DNA of 62,392 bases, counting the filler, from Vannella sp. (lineage: Eukaryota): the NCBI GenBank assembly GCA_023345925.1. It is 8 parts of 8 records of this genome, joined end to end, with 100 filler letters (N's around TTAATTAATTAA, not from the genome) between each part and the next. Parts side by side here need not be neighbours in the genome. Positions count along the whole stretch, not along the records: positions 1 to 6,948 come from JAJQQN010000511.1; positions 7,049 to 12,330 come from JAJQQN010001097.1; 6 more parts are not named here. One strand, given 5' to 3'. Below, in pieces: positions 1-10,014 of the stretch. The notes below the pieces were generated by a model. It did not search any database. It saw only the letters and a program-made list of their open reading frames with translations, and had not been told where the DNA came from. Each line of letters starts with the position of its first letter. The stretch's first letter is position 1. The position numbers and the translations under genes are program-made.

Positions 1-394
1 ATGCACTCCTCCTGGGTGCTGTTCGGAAGCGCCTTCTGGCAACAGAAGTGATTGACGAGGTCGTGCAATATCTTCAGGGACCAGTTCTGTCCAATGATGA
101 AAGGAACTCTCACCATAACCCACCAGAAGAAAGAGCACGAGAGATGAAGGCAGAAAAAGCAAACAACCGTGGTTGCGAATTTTTTGTTTCTTCCAAGAAA
201 TTTTGAGATTTCTAGGTATTTATTTTTTAAGATAATTGACTGGACTTTCGGTTGGAAGGAAAGAACGAGAGGACTGAAGCAAGCGGAGCATATCTGATTG
301 TGTTGAATGGTCCAGGTGGCTCCATCTTATTGGCTTAATAGGTCTTTTTGTTAACATTCTATTCCATTTTGGCCCTCCTCGCCCGGACACGGAG

Positions 395-631
395 ATGAGT
401 GGCCTGTTATCGTTGCCTGCTCCAGGAGAGACAACAGCGTCGAAAGGCCTTCAACTGAAGGATCTTGGTCCCATTGTGATCAATGAAGATGGCACGACCA
501 GTCGCATTACAAACTGGTCCCAAATGACCCCCGCAGAGCAGGAGAGAGTGATGATCCGCATCCCCAAGAGGAATGAAGAGAGGCGCGCTAAACTGCTGGC
601 GCAGAACATTGAGATTCAAATCAATCATTAA
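395..631 (+). CDS. Small conserved protein of unknown function (78 aa)
   Basis: ATG-to-TAA ORF; motif LGPIVINEDGTTSRITNWxQMTxxEQE...KRNEER resembles a small family I recall from fungi and protists. Confidence 0.65.
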   Translation: MSGLLSLPAPGETTASKGLQLKDLGPIVINEDGTTSRITNWSQMTPAEQERVMIRIPKRNEERRAKLLAQNIEIQINH

Positions 632-893
632 CTGGAAGCCCTCCCCCAAAGGTCTGGCCGCCCACTCTCAGACTCTGCTTGCAAATGGGAGGATGTCAAG
701 GACAGACCGAGCTGGATAAACTAGTTAGACTATTGTGGAACACTAGTCTACTAGCGTCTTGACCCTTTCAAGAACAAGTCAATCAATCACTCCTCCAAAC
801 CCAGAGGCTTGAGATTGACTGAGTGGCTGTCAACAACTGGCTGTTGATAATCGCCTCTAGGAAGAGGGGTTCTGTTCTTCAACGTGTGATGTA

Positions 894-3800
894 TTAGACT
901 TCATCGTGCACGCTCACTAAGTGCTGGAAGGAGCAGGCGATGACTTTGCCGCGAGGTTCGGTGGGCTCGAGAGGGTCCCTGTCAGCTGGGTTGTAAACCA
1001 AAAACTTGAATTTGTTCACATTGTAGACCCCAGATGCGAAAAACCCTGCTTGGAGTTCGACTACTCGCTCTTCTAACGGTTGCAAGGCTTCAACAGTGTG
1101 GCGAGTAATTCCCAACCAAAAGAACGTTGACGGCCTGTTGGACCTATTCCTGCGTGAGATTATGAATCAAAAGCGGCAACGCACCTCTTGGAAGTGGAAA
1201 GGAGGTTTTCTGTGGGTTTGAGAGTCTCAAGCAGGAAAGAAACTGATTCAGTGGGAGATGGGTTGCTCACACGGACTTGTACGGGAATCATGCAGAATCT
1301 GGTAGTTCTTGGGGTTAGTAAATGTATTATAGAGGGCTCAGATCTACGAACGTGTCACTTCCAAAATTATGGCGAACTTCCATCTGGGAAGACACCATAA
1401 AGCGCAACGGATTGGTGACTAAGCGGTTATGATCATCGAGTTGTAGTTGCAATTGCTTATCTATTCCGGAAGACATCGTTCGTCGTCGCCCAGAGGGAAG
1501 TGGGCGCGTCCCCACCGCCCCTCGAGGGACAGAAGTCTCCTTTACAGAGGCAGGAGGTAGGAAGTGAAGGTCACACAGCTCCAGAACCCCATGATGGGCC
1601 GCATCTAAAGACTCCCAGAAGATCAACATATCCATTGCTGCCGGATCCACCAAGGAAGTAATCGGAGGAGGAGTAAAATCTCTCAGAGTCGTAAAGTTTG
1701 TGTTGAAGGAAATAGGATTCGGCCGCCGAAGGCGTGTGAGTATCTCAGCAAAAGGCTGAGCGGCTCCGTCTATAGCATACTTGCCCACTAACGGTAAGTT
1801 GCAGTATGTTAGACAATCAGGATGAAGGTCGAGTGGAGTGGTTCGGGAGACTGTCAAATACAAGGTGGAGCTCTCTGACGGCTGAATTTCAAACATGTCG
1901 GTGGGATTTGATTCAGGAGTAAATGAAAGGGAGTCTATCTTCCATTGGTGGCCGACAGACGTTGCCTGGAGCAAACGGAAGCCAGTCGCTGCTTGAACAC
2001 CGTGTAACTGAACACCTAAAGTATATTGCGAAGGCGTTCGCAAAGATGGTGTAACCCAATACGACGCGCGGAGCGAAGGGACAACTCCAAAGCGCACTTC
2101 TTCACGGCACACTCGATACTTGATTTCTGATTGCTTATCGACAGGCTCATAGTAGAACACAAAACGGCACTGCTGATTAACGGTTTTACTCCCTCGCACC
2201 CACAGAGGCACTTGTGTTGTCTCACCAACAGCCAATTGGCCAATAGGTAGATGGATAATACTGAGATCATATTCATCCGACACGCTCCCAGTGCTCATTG
2301 TTGGAGATGGGAGAACTTCGGATGGCGCAAAAGTCGCAACGGCAGGCTCATGAGGAGAGTCTCCAAAAACAAACATTCCGGGGTGTGATAGCTTAACAGC
2401 AACGTTCTCTAGAGGCTGGGTCCCCGTGTTGGTGAAGGAAACAGTGAACCTTTGGACTTCTCCTTGGTACATGAAAGAGGGGAATCGGGGGAAGCCTAAG
2501 GTGAGGTGAGGCATTGGCCCCACAACTTGAATAGAAGTAGATAAATCGACTTCTTCTGCGCCTGCCACTCGTTGTGCCTTTGTGTTTTGGAGTTTGTGCT
2601 TTCGCAGTGGGAAGGGCTTGTTACACCAGACAACACCAGCCAAGCTAAAAAGCAACCCGCGGATCTCCAAGAGTCCTTCTCGGAGGGGAGTAACCGATAA
2701 GGACAGAGTTATGGTCTGGAAGGGGAGCATTAATACATCTACAGGTTCTACAGAGAAACTCTCTTCCTCAGAGAGGCTGGGGCTGGAAGTGCCTAACACA
2801 TTGAAGTCCTCTTCGGGACCAAAGTGATCACACACTAGCTGACAGGAGAGGAGTTGAATGGGAATTGCTAAGGGGTTACGAACAGTCACTTCCACCTCGA
2901 TTCGCTCCATCACGGGAGATACATTGGATTTAAAAGCCGTGTGGAGATGGTCTCGGGGAACACCAAAGAAACGGAAGGCGGAACGAGCTTTCTCGCGGCC
3001 CTCCTCATGCGCAACCCAATCTTCAAGGAGCCTCCACACTTTGTCCTTTTCGGTAGCATACACACAACGGAGATGAACTTGGAGATTGTCTCCTCCTCCG
3101 CAGATTTCGGGAACTGGTGACTCTCGAATGCACCCGTCACGGCTCCAACTGATTCCATACACGTGAAGGAATTCCCGAAGGAAAGAGCTCTGACGCTCTG
3201 GTGACTGGGAGGTTTCCTGGAGCAGGGAGTAAGCGAACCGGCAGCTGCTTTCGGTGTCCCCAAGTAGAAAGGCAGACCGCGCCAGCAAGAAATAAACATG
3301 ATTCCCCAAGGATGCCCATCCCTTCCCATCATACGCTGGGGCAGCAGACCGAACGCAGCTGAGTGCATGAGCGAGTTGGCCAGCTTCATAGAACTTGTCA
3401 GCAGCCATGACCAACCGCATATTGGCCATTCTAAACATTGGACTGGGCCATTTGTACAGATAGCAGATGGCTGCCTGCTCTTGCAAGAGACCTGAGAGAA
3501 GAGCACTCCGCTTCGAGTCATCTCGCACGGCCACAGAGGCAGCCTCTGTGTACCGGGACCGCATTTTCTTCATCGCAATCAAAAGCAAAGTGGTTCTGTC
3601 GGCATAGCGAAGCCTTCCCGCTTCCACATACAACGCTCTGGCACGTTCCAACTCGCCTTCGCAATCCCGACGATGAGTATCGATAATGGCTGAGCACAGC
3701 GCTGCCATCTCTGTTGCAGAAGCAAGGTAGCGCGTGGTGAGGTCAGTCTTCATCTCTGCCGCGCAGTTCTTGTAGTTGAGCAGCGCGGAATCGTAATCCC

Positions 3801-4972
3801 TCAGAAGGAAGGACAAGTCCGCTAGTTGCCGGGTTTGAGCCATGGTGGAGTTCATAGGATAGATACGGATGCCTGTAGACGTGAGCTCGGGTGCACCGTT
3901 TTCTCCTGTCTGTCGGGGACGGGCCTGACCGAACCGGAAGAAGGAACGGACTTTGGAAGTGAAAACATTCTTGCGAGTCATTGCCACGTGGTCTTCAAGG
4001 CTCCGTAGCTTGTTATCGAGGTGTGGAATCACGTGACGGAAGAGAAGATCCTTCATAAAGAGCCTCAGCCCGTCAATGTCCCCCAAAGAGAGGAAAGTCT
4101 GTTCGGTACCGACCACTGCCGCCTGTTCATAGGAGAGAGAGTTGATTGTGATCTGCGAAACGTTCGTCCCAAAGGTCTTCTTCATGTAATAAAGCTTAGT
4201 TTCGGCCCTAGGACAGCTGATCAGTCACTAGAGAGGAGGACTTTCCCTTTTTGAGCTCCCTTACAGTTTCGCGTCATTGTGTTGGTCATGAAGAAGGACG
4301 TGATGACGGAGGAAGTTGGTGTCCATGAACCCCTCTGTAAAGAGCCCCGGAAGCTTGATGACCTGATCGTACATCCGCACAAATGTGTCGGCCAGTTGCA
4401 CTTCCGTCTGTTCCTGTCCTCCAGACGAGACTACAAACACACCTGAAGCCCCATAGTAAGAATAGCCCTCTCCATAGAAGGGACAACCCACAAGCGACAG
4501 GATGGGAGAAGAACTCGTGCTCCGTCACCCCAAACGAGGAGAGAAAGTGGCGCTGGTAGTCCTCGTACCACGGCAGCACTGCCGCAATAGGACGATTACG
4601 AGGGAAGCGGATCGCTCCCTCCATGGTAGAGGCGCTAAAGGCCTTGTGGTAGCGCACAGTCAAGTCGGAAGGTTGAGCGCGCTTGACAAGGGCTGAAAGT
4701 TCCTTCTCTGCTGTCTCTTCCAACTGTCCCTCACCCAACTGTAGCTCACTTATGTCCACTAGCTGGCACCGAAAACCCTTCAACTCGTAAGGTTCCTCTC
4801 GTATCCCACGCAAGGGCTTCGCCTCGTCAGGAAAGTCGCAGTAAGGGCGCAGGAGATCCGCCAACTTGCCGCCATTCTTCAGCGCAGCACTTTCCACTTC
4901 ATCAGTAGTCACTACCAACACACGAGGCACAAAGGCACCCCGCAAGAGCCTCTCAAACTCTTGAGAGTTCAT
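894..4972 (-). CDS. TRAPPC8: TRAPP III complex subunit Trs85/TRAPPC8, 4 introns
   Basis: N-terminal LADLLRPY and HEFFSHPVAC; RQLADLSFLLRDYDSA; EQAAICY; C-terminal GVYNVN. ORFs join through GT-AG introns (e.g. 1150-1184). Confidence 0.9.
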
Positions 4973-5025
4973 GGCAGGCGCCCGCAGGCTCCCAGAGAGT
5001 GGTCCAAACGTGTCCTTTATGATGA

Positions 5026-5797
5026 TTAATAGAGCGCCCACATCTTGTTGAACTCCTCCGTGAACGCGTGGACGAGAGCGGCTTCAGAGGTGATGACGAC
5101 GTTCTCGCGGTTGGAGAGGACTGCTTGGCGTGTCCAGTTGAAGGAACCGTTCACTAGGGTGCTGTTATCGACGACAGCGAACTTGTGGTGCATGTGGAAC
5201 TTGGACTGGTCATCTTTGACGGGGATGCCTTCATCAACGAGTCGTTCTTTGTTCCCAGGAGAGTGAGTAGTGTTCAGTAGCATGTTTCTAGGTGGAGAGT
5301 GTCGGAGGGGAGAGCTTACGGATGTCGGAGCCTTGGGAAACTCGTTGTTCGTCGTCTGTAATGATGCGAACGGTAACTCCTCGCTTGCGGATCTCGGAGA
5401 GGGCGTCTGCGATCTCATTTGCTGTGATGTTGAACACGCAAACGTCCAAGGTATGCTTCGCAGAGTGAAGTACGTCCAACATGCGACTGAGACTTGTTGG
5501 TTGATGGGCAAAGTCGCAACCCTTTCGCGTGCACTTCCCCATTGCACGGCAGGGCATCTTCTCATCAGGGAAGAAGAGCACTTGCGAAGCACCGTGCGCA
5601 GAATGCTCCTGCTTAGCCGAGTGGGTCGCTGCTGCTGGTGCAGCTGCAGCTACGGGAGCACCAGGAGCCTCTACATGCCCCTGCGCAACTGGGGCACTAG
5701 TTGGATGCGCCCCAATCTGTCCATCGCCGTCCAAGTCGACGCCAATCGCCGTCTCCGCCGCATTCTTGGCGGCTTTCACCAACTTGTCGAGAACCAT
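5026..5797 (-). CDS. PLD6: PLD6/Zucchini/MitoPLD-like single-HKD phospholipase D nuclease, intron 5247-5319
   Basis: CCCH zinc wing CRAMGKCTRKGCDFAH, TLDVCVF, HHKFAVVD...GSFNWTRQA...NREN. Confidence 0.85.
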
Positions 5798-5850
5798 CAG
5801 GAAATGACCTGAAAGACTTGATTGGACTATTGTCTGGAAGGAAAGAGCTG

Positions 5851-6432
5851 ATGGAGGCCTTGATGACGCAAAAGAAGGTCCTTTGGATCGGTCTTCTGCT
5901 CTTGCTGGTGGAGGGAGGACATGTGAGTCAGTTGGACGTCTCCACATGGACCAAGTCCGAGCTGTTCTTTGGGTTAAGTGTGCAGACGATGGTGAACGGG
6001 ACGGTGGTCGACTCGATCATCAGCGAGGCGGAGTTTCGCGAGTTTGTGGACCGGAAGGTGACTCCTTTCTTTCCGGATGGTTTGACATACATCAACTCTA
6101 CAGGGCAATGGCGTTCACCAGCCACAGGGACGATAGTCGAAGAGCCCTCAGCGTACATGATCATTTACTACGACGACACCCCCGCTAACCGGCAGAACAT
6201 CCGTACCATCGTGCAAAGCTACATGGACCAGTTCCAGCAAGAAGCAGTCCTTTACACCTTCATCCCTGCCCAGGTTTGCCTCACTCCTGGCAACTGTTTG
6301 TCCGAGACCGAGACTTTCCGTTCGTCCATCAGTGTCCTGTCTTTGGCTCTTTCCCTCTCCAATCTCCTTCTCCTTCTTGTTGTTGGTGGCAGCAGCTTCT
6401 ACTTCTATCGCCAATCTCACAAACTGAGGTGA
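5851..6432 (+). CDS. DUF3574-like protein with signal peptide and C-terminal transmembrane helix, intronless
   Basis: ELFFGLS...ISEAEFREFVDRKVTPFFPDGLT...GQWR...EEPS...FQQEAVL signature; hydrophobic N- and C-termini. Confidence 0.8.
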   Translation: MEALMTQKKVLWIGLLLLLVEGGHVSQLDVSTWTKSELFFGLSVQTMVNGTVVDSIISEAEFREFVDRKVTPFFPDGLTYINSTGQWRSPATGTIVEEPSAYMIIYYDDTPANRQNIRTIVQSYMDQFQQEAVLYTFIPAQVCLTPGNCLSETETFRSSISVLSLALSLSNLLLLLVVGGSSFYFYRQSHKLR

Positions 6433-6520
6433 CAAGTGTGGATCAAATACTAATTTTCTAAAATTATATTTAAAACTGTTGGGGATTCATGCTGGTTCAT
6501 TTTAATGCACTTTGGGGGGA

Positions 6521-6948
6521 ATGGCCACTATGAGACAGACTGTGTTGGTGCTAGCTCTTTGGAGTGTCCTGGGGCTGCAAGTACTGTGGTTTGGATTACC
6601 CAGACCATCCACACAGTTAAAGCCAGTGCAGCTGCTCCCCTTGTTGCACAAGAATGTCTCAAAACCGGTGGGGATGATCTTCTTCTTCCACAACCCCAAA
6701 GCTGGGGGAACCTGGATGCGAACTGTTGTACAACAGTACTCCTTTGCCAATGTGACAACAGGTACCAAGACCCTTAGCAGGGACTTGGGTAATCTCCTGG
6801 AAGCAAAGTTCCACGGCCAAGTGATCCTCTTTCATCACCATTGCGAGGCTATCTACATGAAAAGAGCTCTGCCAATGGTCCTTGAATTCAAAGCGAAGGC
6901 GCAAGCTGCTGGATTCATCTTTGACATCATCACATCGATCAGAGAGCC
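6521..6948 (+). CDS. Golgi-type sulfotransferase, 3' truncated by contig end
   Basis: N-terminal TM anchor, 5'-PSB-like FFHNPKAGGT and 3'-PB-like ITSIRE. Confidence 0.7.
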
Positions 6949-7048
6949 NNNNNNNNNNNNNNNNNNNNNNNNNNNNNNNNNNNNNNNNNNNNTTAATTAA
7001 TTAANNNNNNNNNNNNNNNNNNNNNNNNNNNNNNNNNNNNNNNNNNNN
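6949..7048. other. Artificial contig linker; also at 12331-12430, 18252-18351, 31818-31917, 40323-40422, 47453-47552 and 53577-53676
   Basis: Identical 100-nt N blocks with central TTAATTAATTAA (stops in all six frames). Confidence 0.98.
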
Positions 7049-8160
7049 AAAGGATTGCATTCACCATCGGGGGGGTCGTCTACCGCCTCAGCGGGGGGGT
7101 TTGAAACACTTTGATCCTCTGGCTCTCCTTCTTCACCTGACTCTGATTCGGTTGGTTCCTCAGACAGTTGTTGTAGGTTGGAGCTTGATTTCGGTAGAGG
7201 CAAATCTCCATTGTGGCCCTCTTCAGATGATGCCTCAGACTCTTGTTGATGGATGGTGGATGGTTTTTTCGAAAACTCTCCATTATGTCCCTCCACTGGT
7301 CGGGGCACCTTCACTGGGTGAGAACTCTTTGGTACTCGTGTTGGTGTTGGTGTGGTATTATTTGGTGTGGGTTTCTTCTTCTGGGGGTTGATCAAACCCT
7401 CCTGTACGCGTGGTGGCCTATTTTGGCTATTCTTCGCTCTTCCGCCTTCCTTCTTTGCCGAAGCTTTGATAGGGTCGGTAGGCGTTGCTGTTTTGCCGTG
7501 CTCCCGCGATCCTGGTGACACAGCCTCTCTGGAAGGAGAAGGTACACCCTCATCTCCGTGTGGACGCTGGTCTCCGGTCTCGCGTTTCTTGGTTTCATCT
7601 CGGTGTCTGCTGTAGAAGGACGGCTTGTGTCCACCTCCAATCGCTGAGTACAAGATTGTAACCATGCGTTCAAACATGCCGTCTCCTCCGAACTTGATCG
7701 ACGCGTACTCTTGTTGGGGAGCCGGCTTATCAGAGGAGTAGTAGAAATCCATTCTCAGTCCGTCTGCCTTCTTCTCTCGTCTTCTGAACGTCTTGCAACC
7801 AGGGAAACAGCTCATGAGGGCCTCGATCTGCTTCTGGTTATTTGTTGGAATATTCCTCACCGACGCGACGTGCATCCGCGACCAAAGCGTCAACTTGTAC
7901 CACTTTCCCTCATGCTCGAACACTTTGTAGCCTCCTGAGATTGGGTAGTCCAAGTCTACACCACGACAGTTGTTCAGATCAGCTTCGGCAAGGAGCTTCA
8001 CTTTCTCCGTCTCGAGGAGTTTTCTCAGCACGATACTTGGAGGGACCTGGTACTGAACTGTCTGGCCAGCCTCGTCCAGTTCGAATAAACGGTGAGGGAA
8101 ACCGGGAACTGGATCCATCTTGCGCGCAGCGCCGGAGTCCACAAGTCGTTGCAGGCTCAT
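7049..8160 (-). mobile_element. Intronless ORF of over 370 aa, candidate non-LTR retrotransposon ORF1/gag-like protein, truncated by contig end
   Basis: Globular N-half (VASVRNIP...ASIKFGG...VTILY) then a long disordered K/P/S/E tail; begins 35 nt upstream of a tRNA gene; runs off the contig. The ORF is solid; the mobile-element identity is inferred. Confidence 0.45.
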
Positions 8161-8194
8161 GGCGTGGCCAGGCGCGGCGCGCCAGCAGAAAAAG

Positions 8195-8267
8195 GCCCGT
8201 CTAGCTCAGTCGGTAGAGCGCCAGACTCTTAACCTGGTGGTCGAGGGTTCGAGCCCCTCGGTGGGCG
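8195..8267 (+). tRNA. tRNA-Lys(CTT)
   Basis: Cloverleaf: acceptor GCCCGTC/GGTGGGC, D arm GCTC/GAGC, anticodon CTT at 8228-8230, T loop TTCGAGC; no encoded CCA. Confidence 0.95.
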
Positions 8268-8268
8268 C

Positions 8269-8276
8269 TTCTTTTT
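8269..8276 (+). terminator. RNA polymerase III oligo-T terminator
   Basis: TTCTTTTT directly after the tRNA. Confidence 0.7.
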
Positions 8277-8375
8277 CAATCAATGCGAGTTTTTCATTTC
8301 TGTTTTTCACCTGAGATGATTTGGCAGCAATTCAGTGGAAATCAGGCTAATCAGGCTGAAGCCTTTCATTTCGTA

Positions 8376-9063
8376 ATGGGAGGGAGGGTCTCTGCTCCCC
8401 TCCGACAGTTCCCTAAAGTGGCTGAAGCGGCTAAGGAAGGAGCAAAGTCCGTAATCCAAGAGCCGACGCTGCCATTGTTCACAGCGCATGAGCCCATGGG
8501 TATCCAAGTCGACCAGAGCCTGAGCGAGGAGCAGATCGCTTCGTTAGATGAGCATGAAGAGAACATGCGCCAATACCTCGGCTCCCTGTCCACTCTCACG
8601 GGCTCTATTCATGAGCACCAGGCCACTTCCAAGGACAATATTGCTCCAGAAGGGGTAAGTCCCAGAGGCCTCGGTACCACACGATATTGATGCGGAGGTC
8701 CCAAGGTTACCTTCGTTCGGGGCTATCGCGAAGAGAAGGAGCAGCTCCAAATGATTCTAGCGGAAGAAAGAGAGCAGCAAAAGTAAGTCTCCTCTGCATA
8801 TGTCCACCTCCCATCCGAAGTAACCAGAAAAAGGAAATATGCGGGGCGCTTGGACAAAACCGACTTGGATACTTTGTTCATGCTTCATCGTAATGATCCA
8901 ATACAATGGAGTGTTGATGCCCTATCAACTAAGTATGAGCAGGACCCAAAGGTTAGTACTTTCTCTTGAAGAAAAAGGAAGTGACTAATGTTGTTCGGTC
9001 AAGTTGGTCAAACTCGTGCTCGAGAACTTTTCCCCCATCATGCATAGCTTAAACAAAGAGTAG
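8376..9063 (+). CDS. NDUFAF4-like complex I assembly factor, 3 introns
   Basis: MGGRVS start (myristoylation-like); spliced C-terminus GRLDKTDLDTLFMLHRNDPIQWSVDALSTKYEQDPKLVKLVLENF resembles the NDUFAF4 core. Confidence 0.6.
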
Positions 9064-9079
9064 ATGTGCATTTAATGAC

Positions 9080-9928
9080 TTACAAGAACAACAGAGAAAC
9101 TAAAACAACACATCCGACAGTCTTGAGGGAGCAGGCTTCGGAGGACTCTTCAGAGCTCTTTTTGGCCTCATCGCCGAAGAAATAGATGTAGATGCTGCTA
9201 TCATTGAGCCAGTACGTGAGATCTGGGGGCTTATCTTCACAAGGGATCTTCGCTTGTTGAGGTGCAGAGAATCCGACCACTTGGATGGATTGTACGACAG
9301 TGTGGGACTCGTTATTGGTTACTGATACCTCAAGAGCGCCCACTCGAGTCAAATCACAGCTTCCAGATAGCCCAGAGAAAGGAATGTCGAGTGATTCTGA
9401 GAGCATTTGTGCTTGACTGTTACCAGTGCAGAGTCTTCCATCGACCGAATGAATCTTAACTCTAATGTGAGTCTCAGAGCCAGTGGAGAGGGCGAACCTC
9501 AGAGACAGAGCCAAACCTCCGTCCGTGAAGTCGACGCCTCCAAGACCTGTTGTATCAAGAAGCGTTGAGTTGTCGCCGTCATATTGAAGGTTCACTGTCG
9601 CTTTGGAAGATGCAGGCTTGGAGACAGCCAACTCTCCTTGGGAAGACAAGTCCAATGAAGGAGAGATAACGGAGGTGAACTGTCCGTCCTTCTTGCCCTC
9701 TGTCACCTCAATGTTCATTTCTCGGCTACAACCGATGAGTCCTTCACAAAGAGGCGAATAGAAGCTGCTTCTCTCCACCATAGCTTGCATATCGAGTAGT
9801 TGGTCGCTAGACAGGAGAAGGACAACCTCCTGACCTTGTCCAACTGAAAAGTCGTCGATAGTGAAACGCAAAGCGTTCTGCGCCACCACAATCGTCATCA
9901 TCACCAGAAAGAGGCAGCCGCTCTTCAT
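9080..9928 (-). CDS. Secreted or cell-surface protein, possibly GPI-anchored, unknown function
   Basis: Signal peptide, IDDF and YDG...GLGGVDFT motifs, Ser-rich linker and hydrophobic C-terminus; intronless. Confidence 0.75.
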   Translation of the reverse strand: MKSGCLFLVMMTIVVAQNALRFTIDDFSVGQGQEVVLLLSSDQLLDMQAMVERSSFYSPLCEGLIGCSREMNIEVTEGKKDGQFTSVISPSLDLSSQGELAVSKPASSKATVNLQYDGDNSTLLDTTGLGGVDFTDGGLALSLRFALSTGSETHIRVKIHSVDGRLCTGNSQAQMLSESLDIPFSGLSGSCDLTRVGALEVSVTNNESHTVVQSIQVVGFSAPQQAKIPCEDKPPDLTYWLNDSSIYIYFFGDEAKKSSEESSEACSLKTVGCVVLVSLLFL

Positions 9929-10014
9929 AGCCCGCGAATAAATGACCAACTGCCAAGGAAAAGAGAAAGGCGTTGATTGGGCAGTATTTTATGCTCTGTC
10001 CTAAAAAGGCAAAC

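Noticed and set aside
1..180. Possible 5' fragment of a minus-strand gene
   Set aside because: Too short, with ambiguous start and frame
6949..7048. Recurring TTAATTAATTAA within N runs as a repeat or transposon target
   Set aside because: Identical artificial linker between contigs; adjacency across it has no biological meaning
8179..8184. TGGCGC on the minus strand as an LTR primer-binding site for tRNA-Lys
   Set aside because: Only 6 nt match and no LTR is visible
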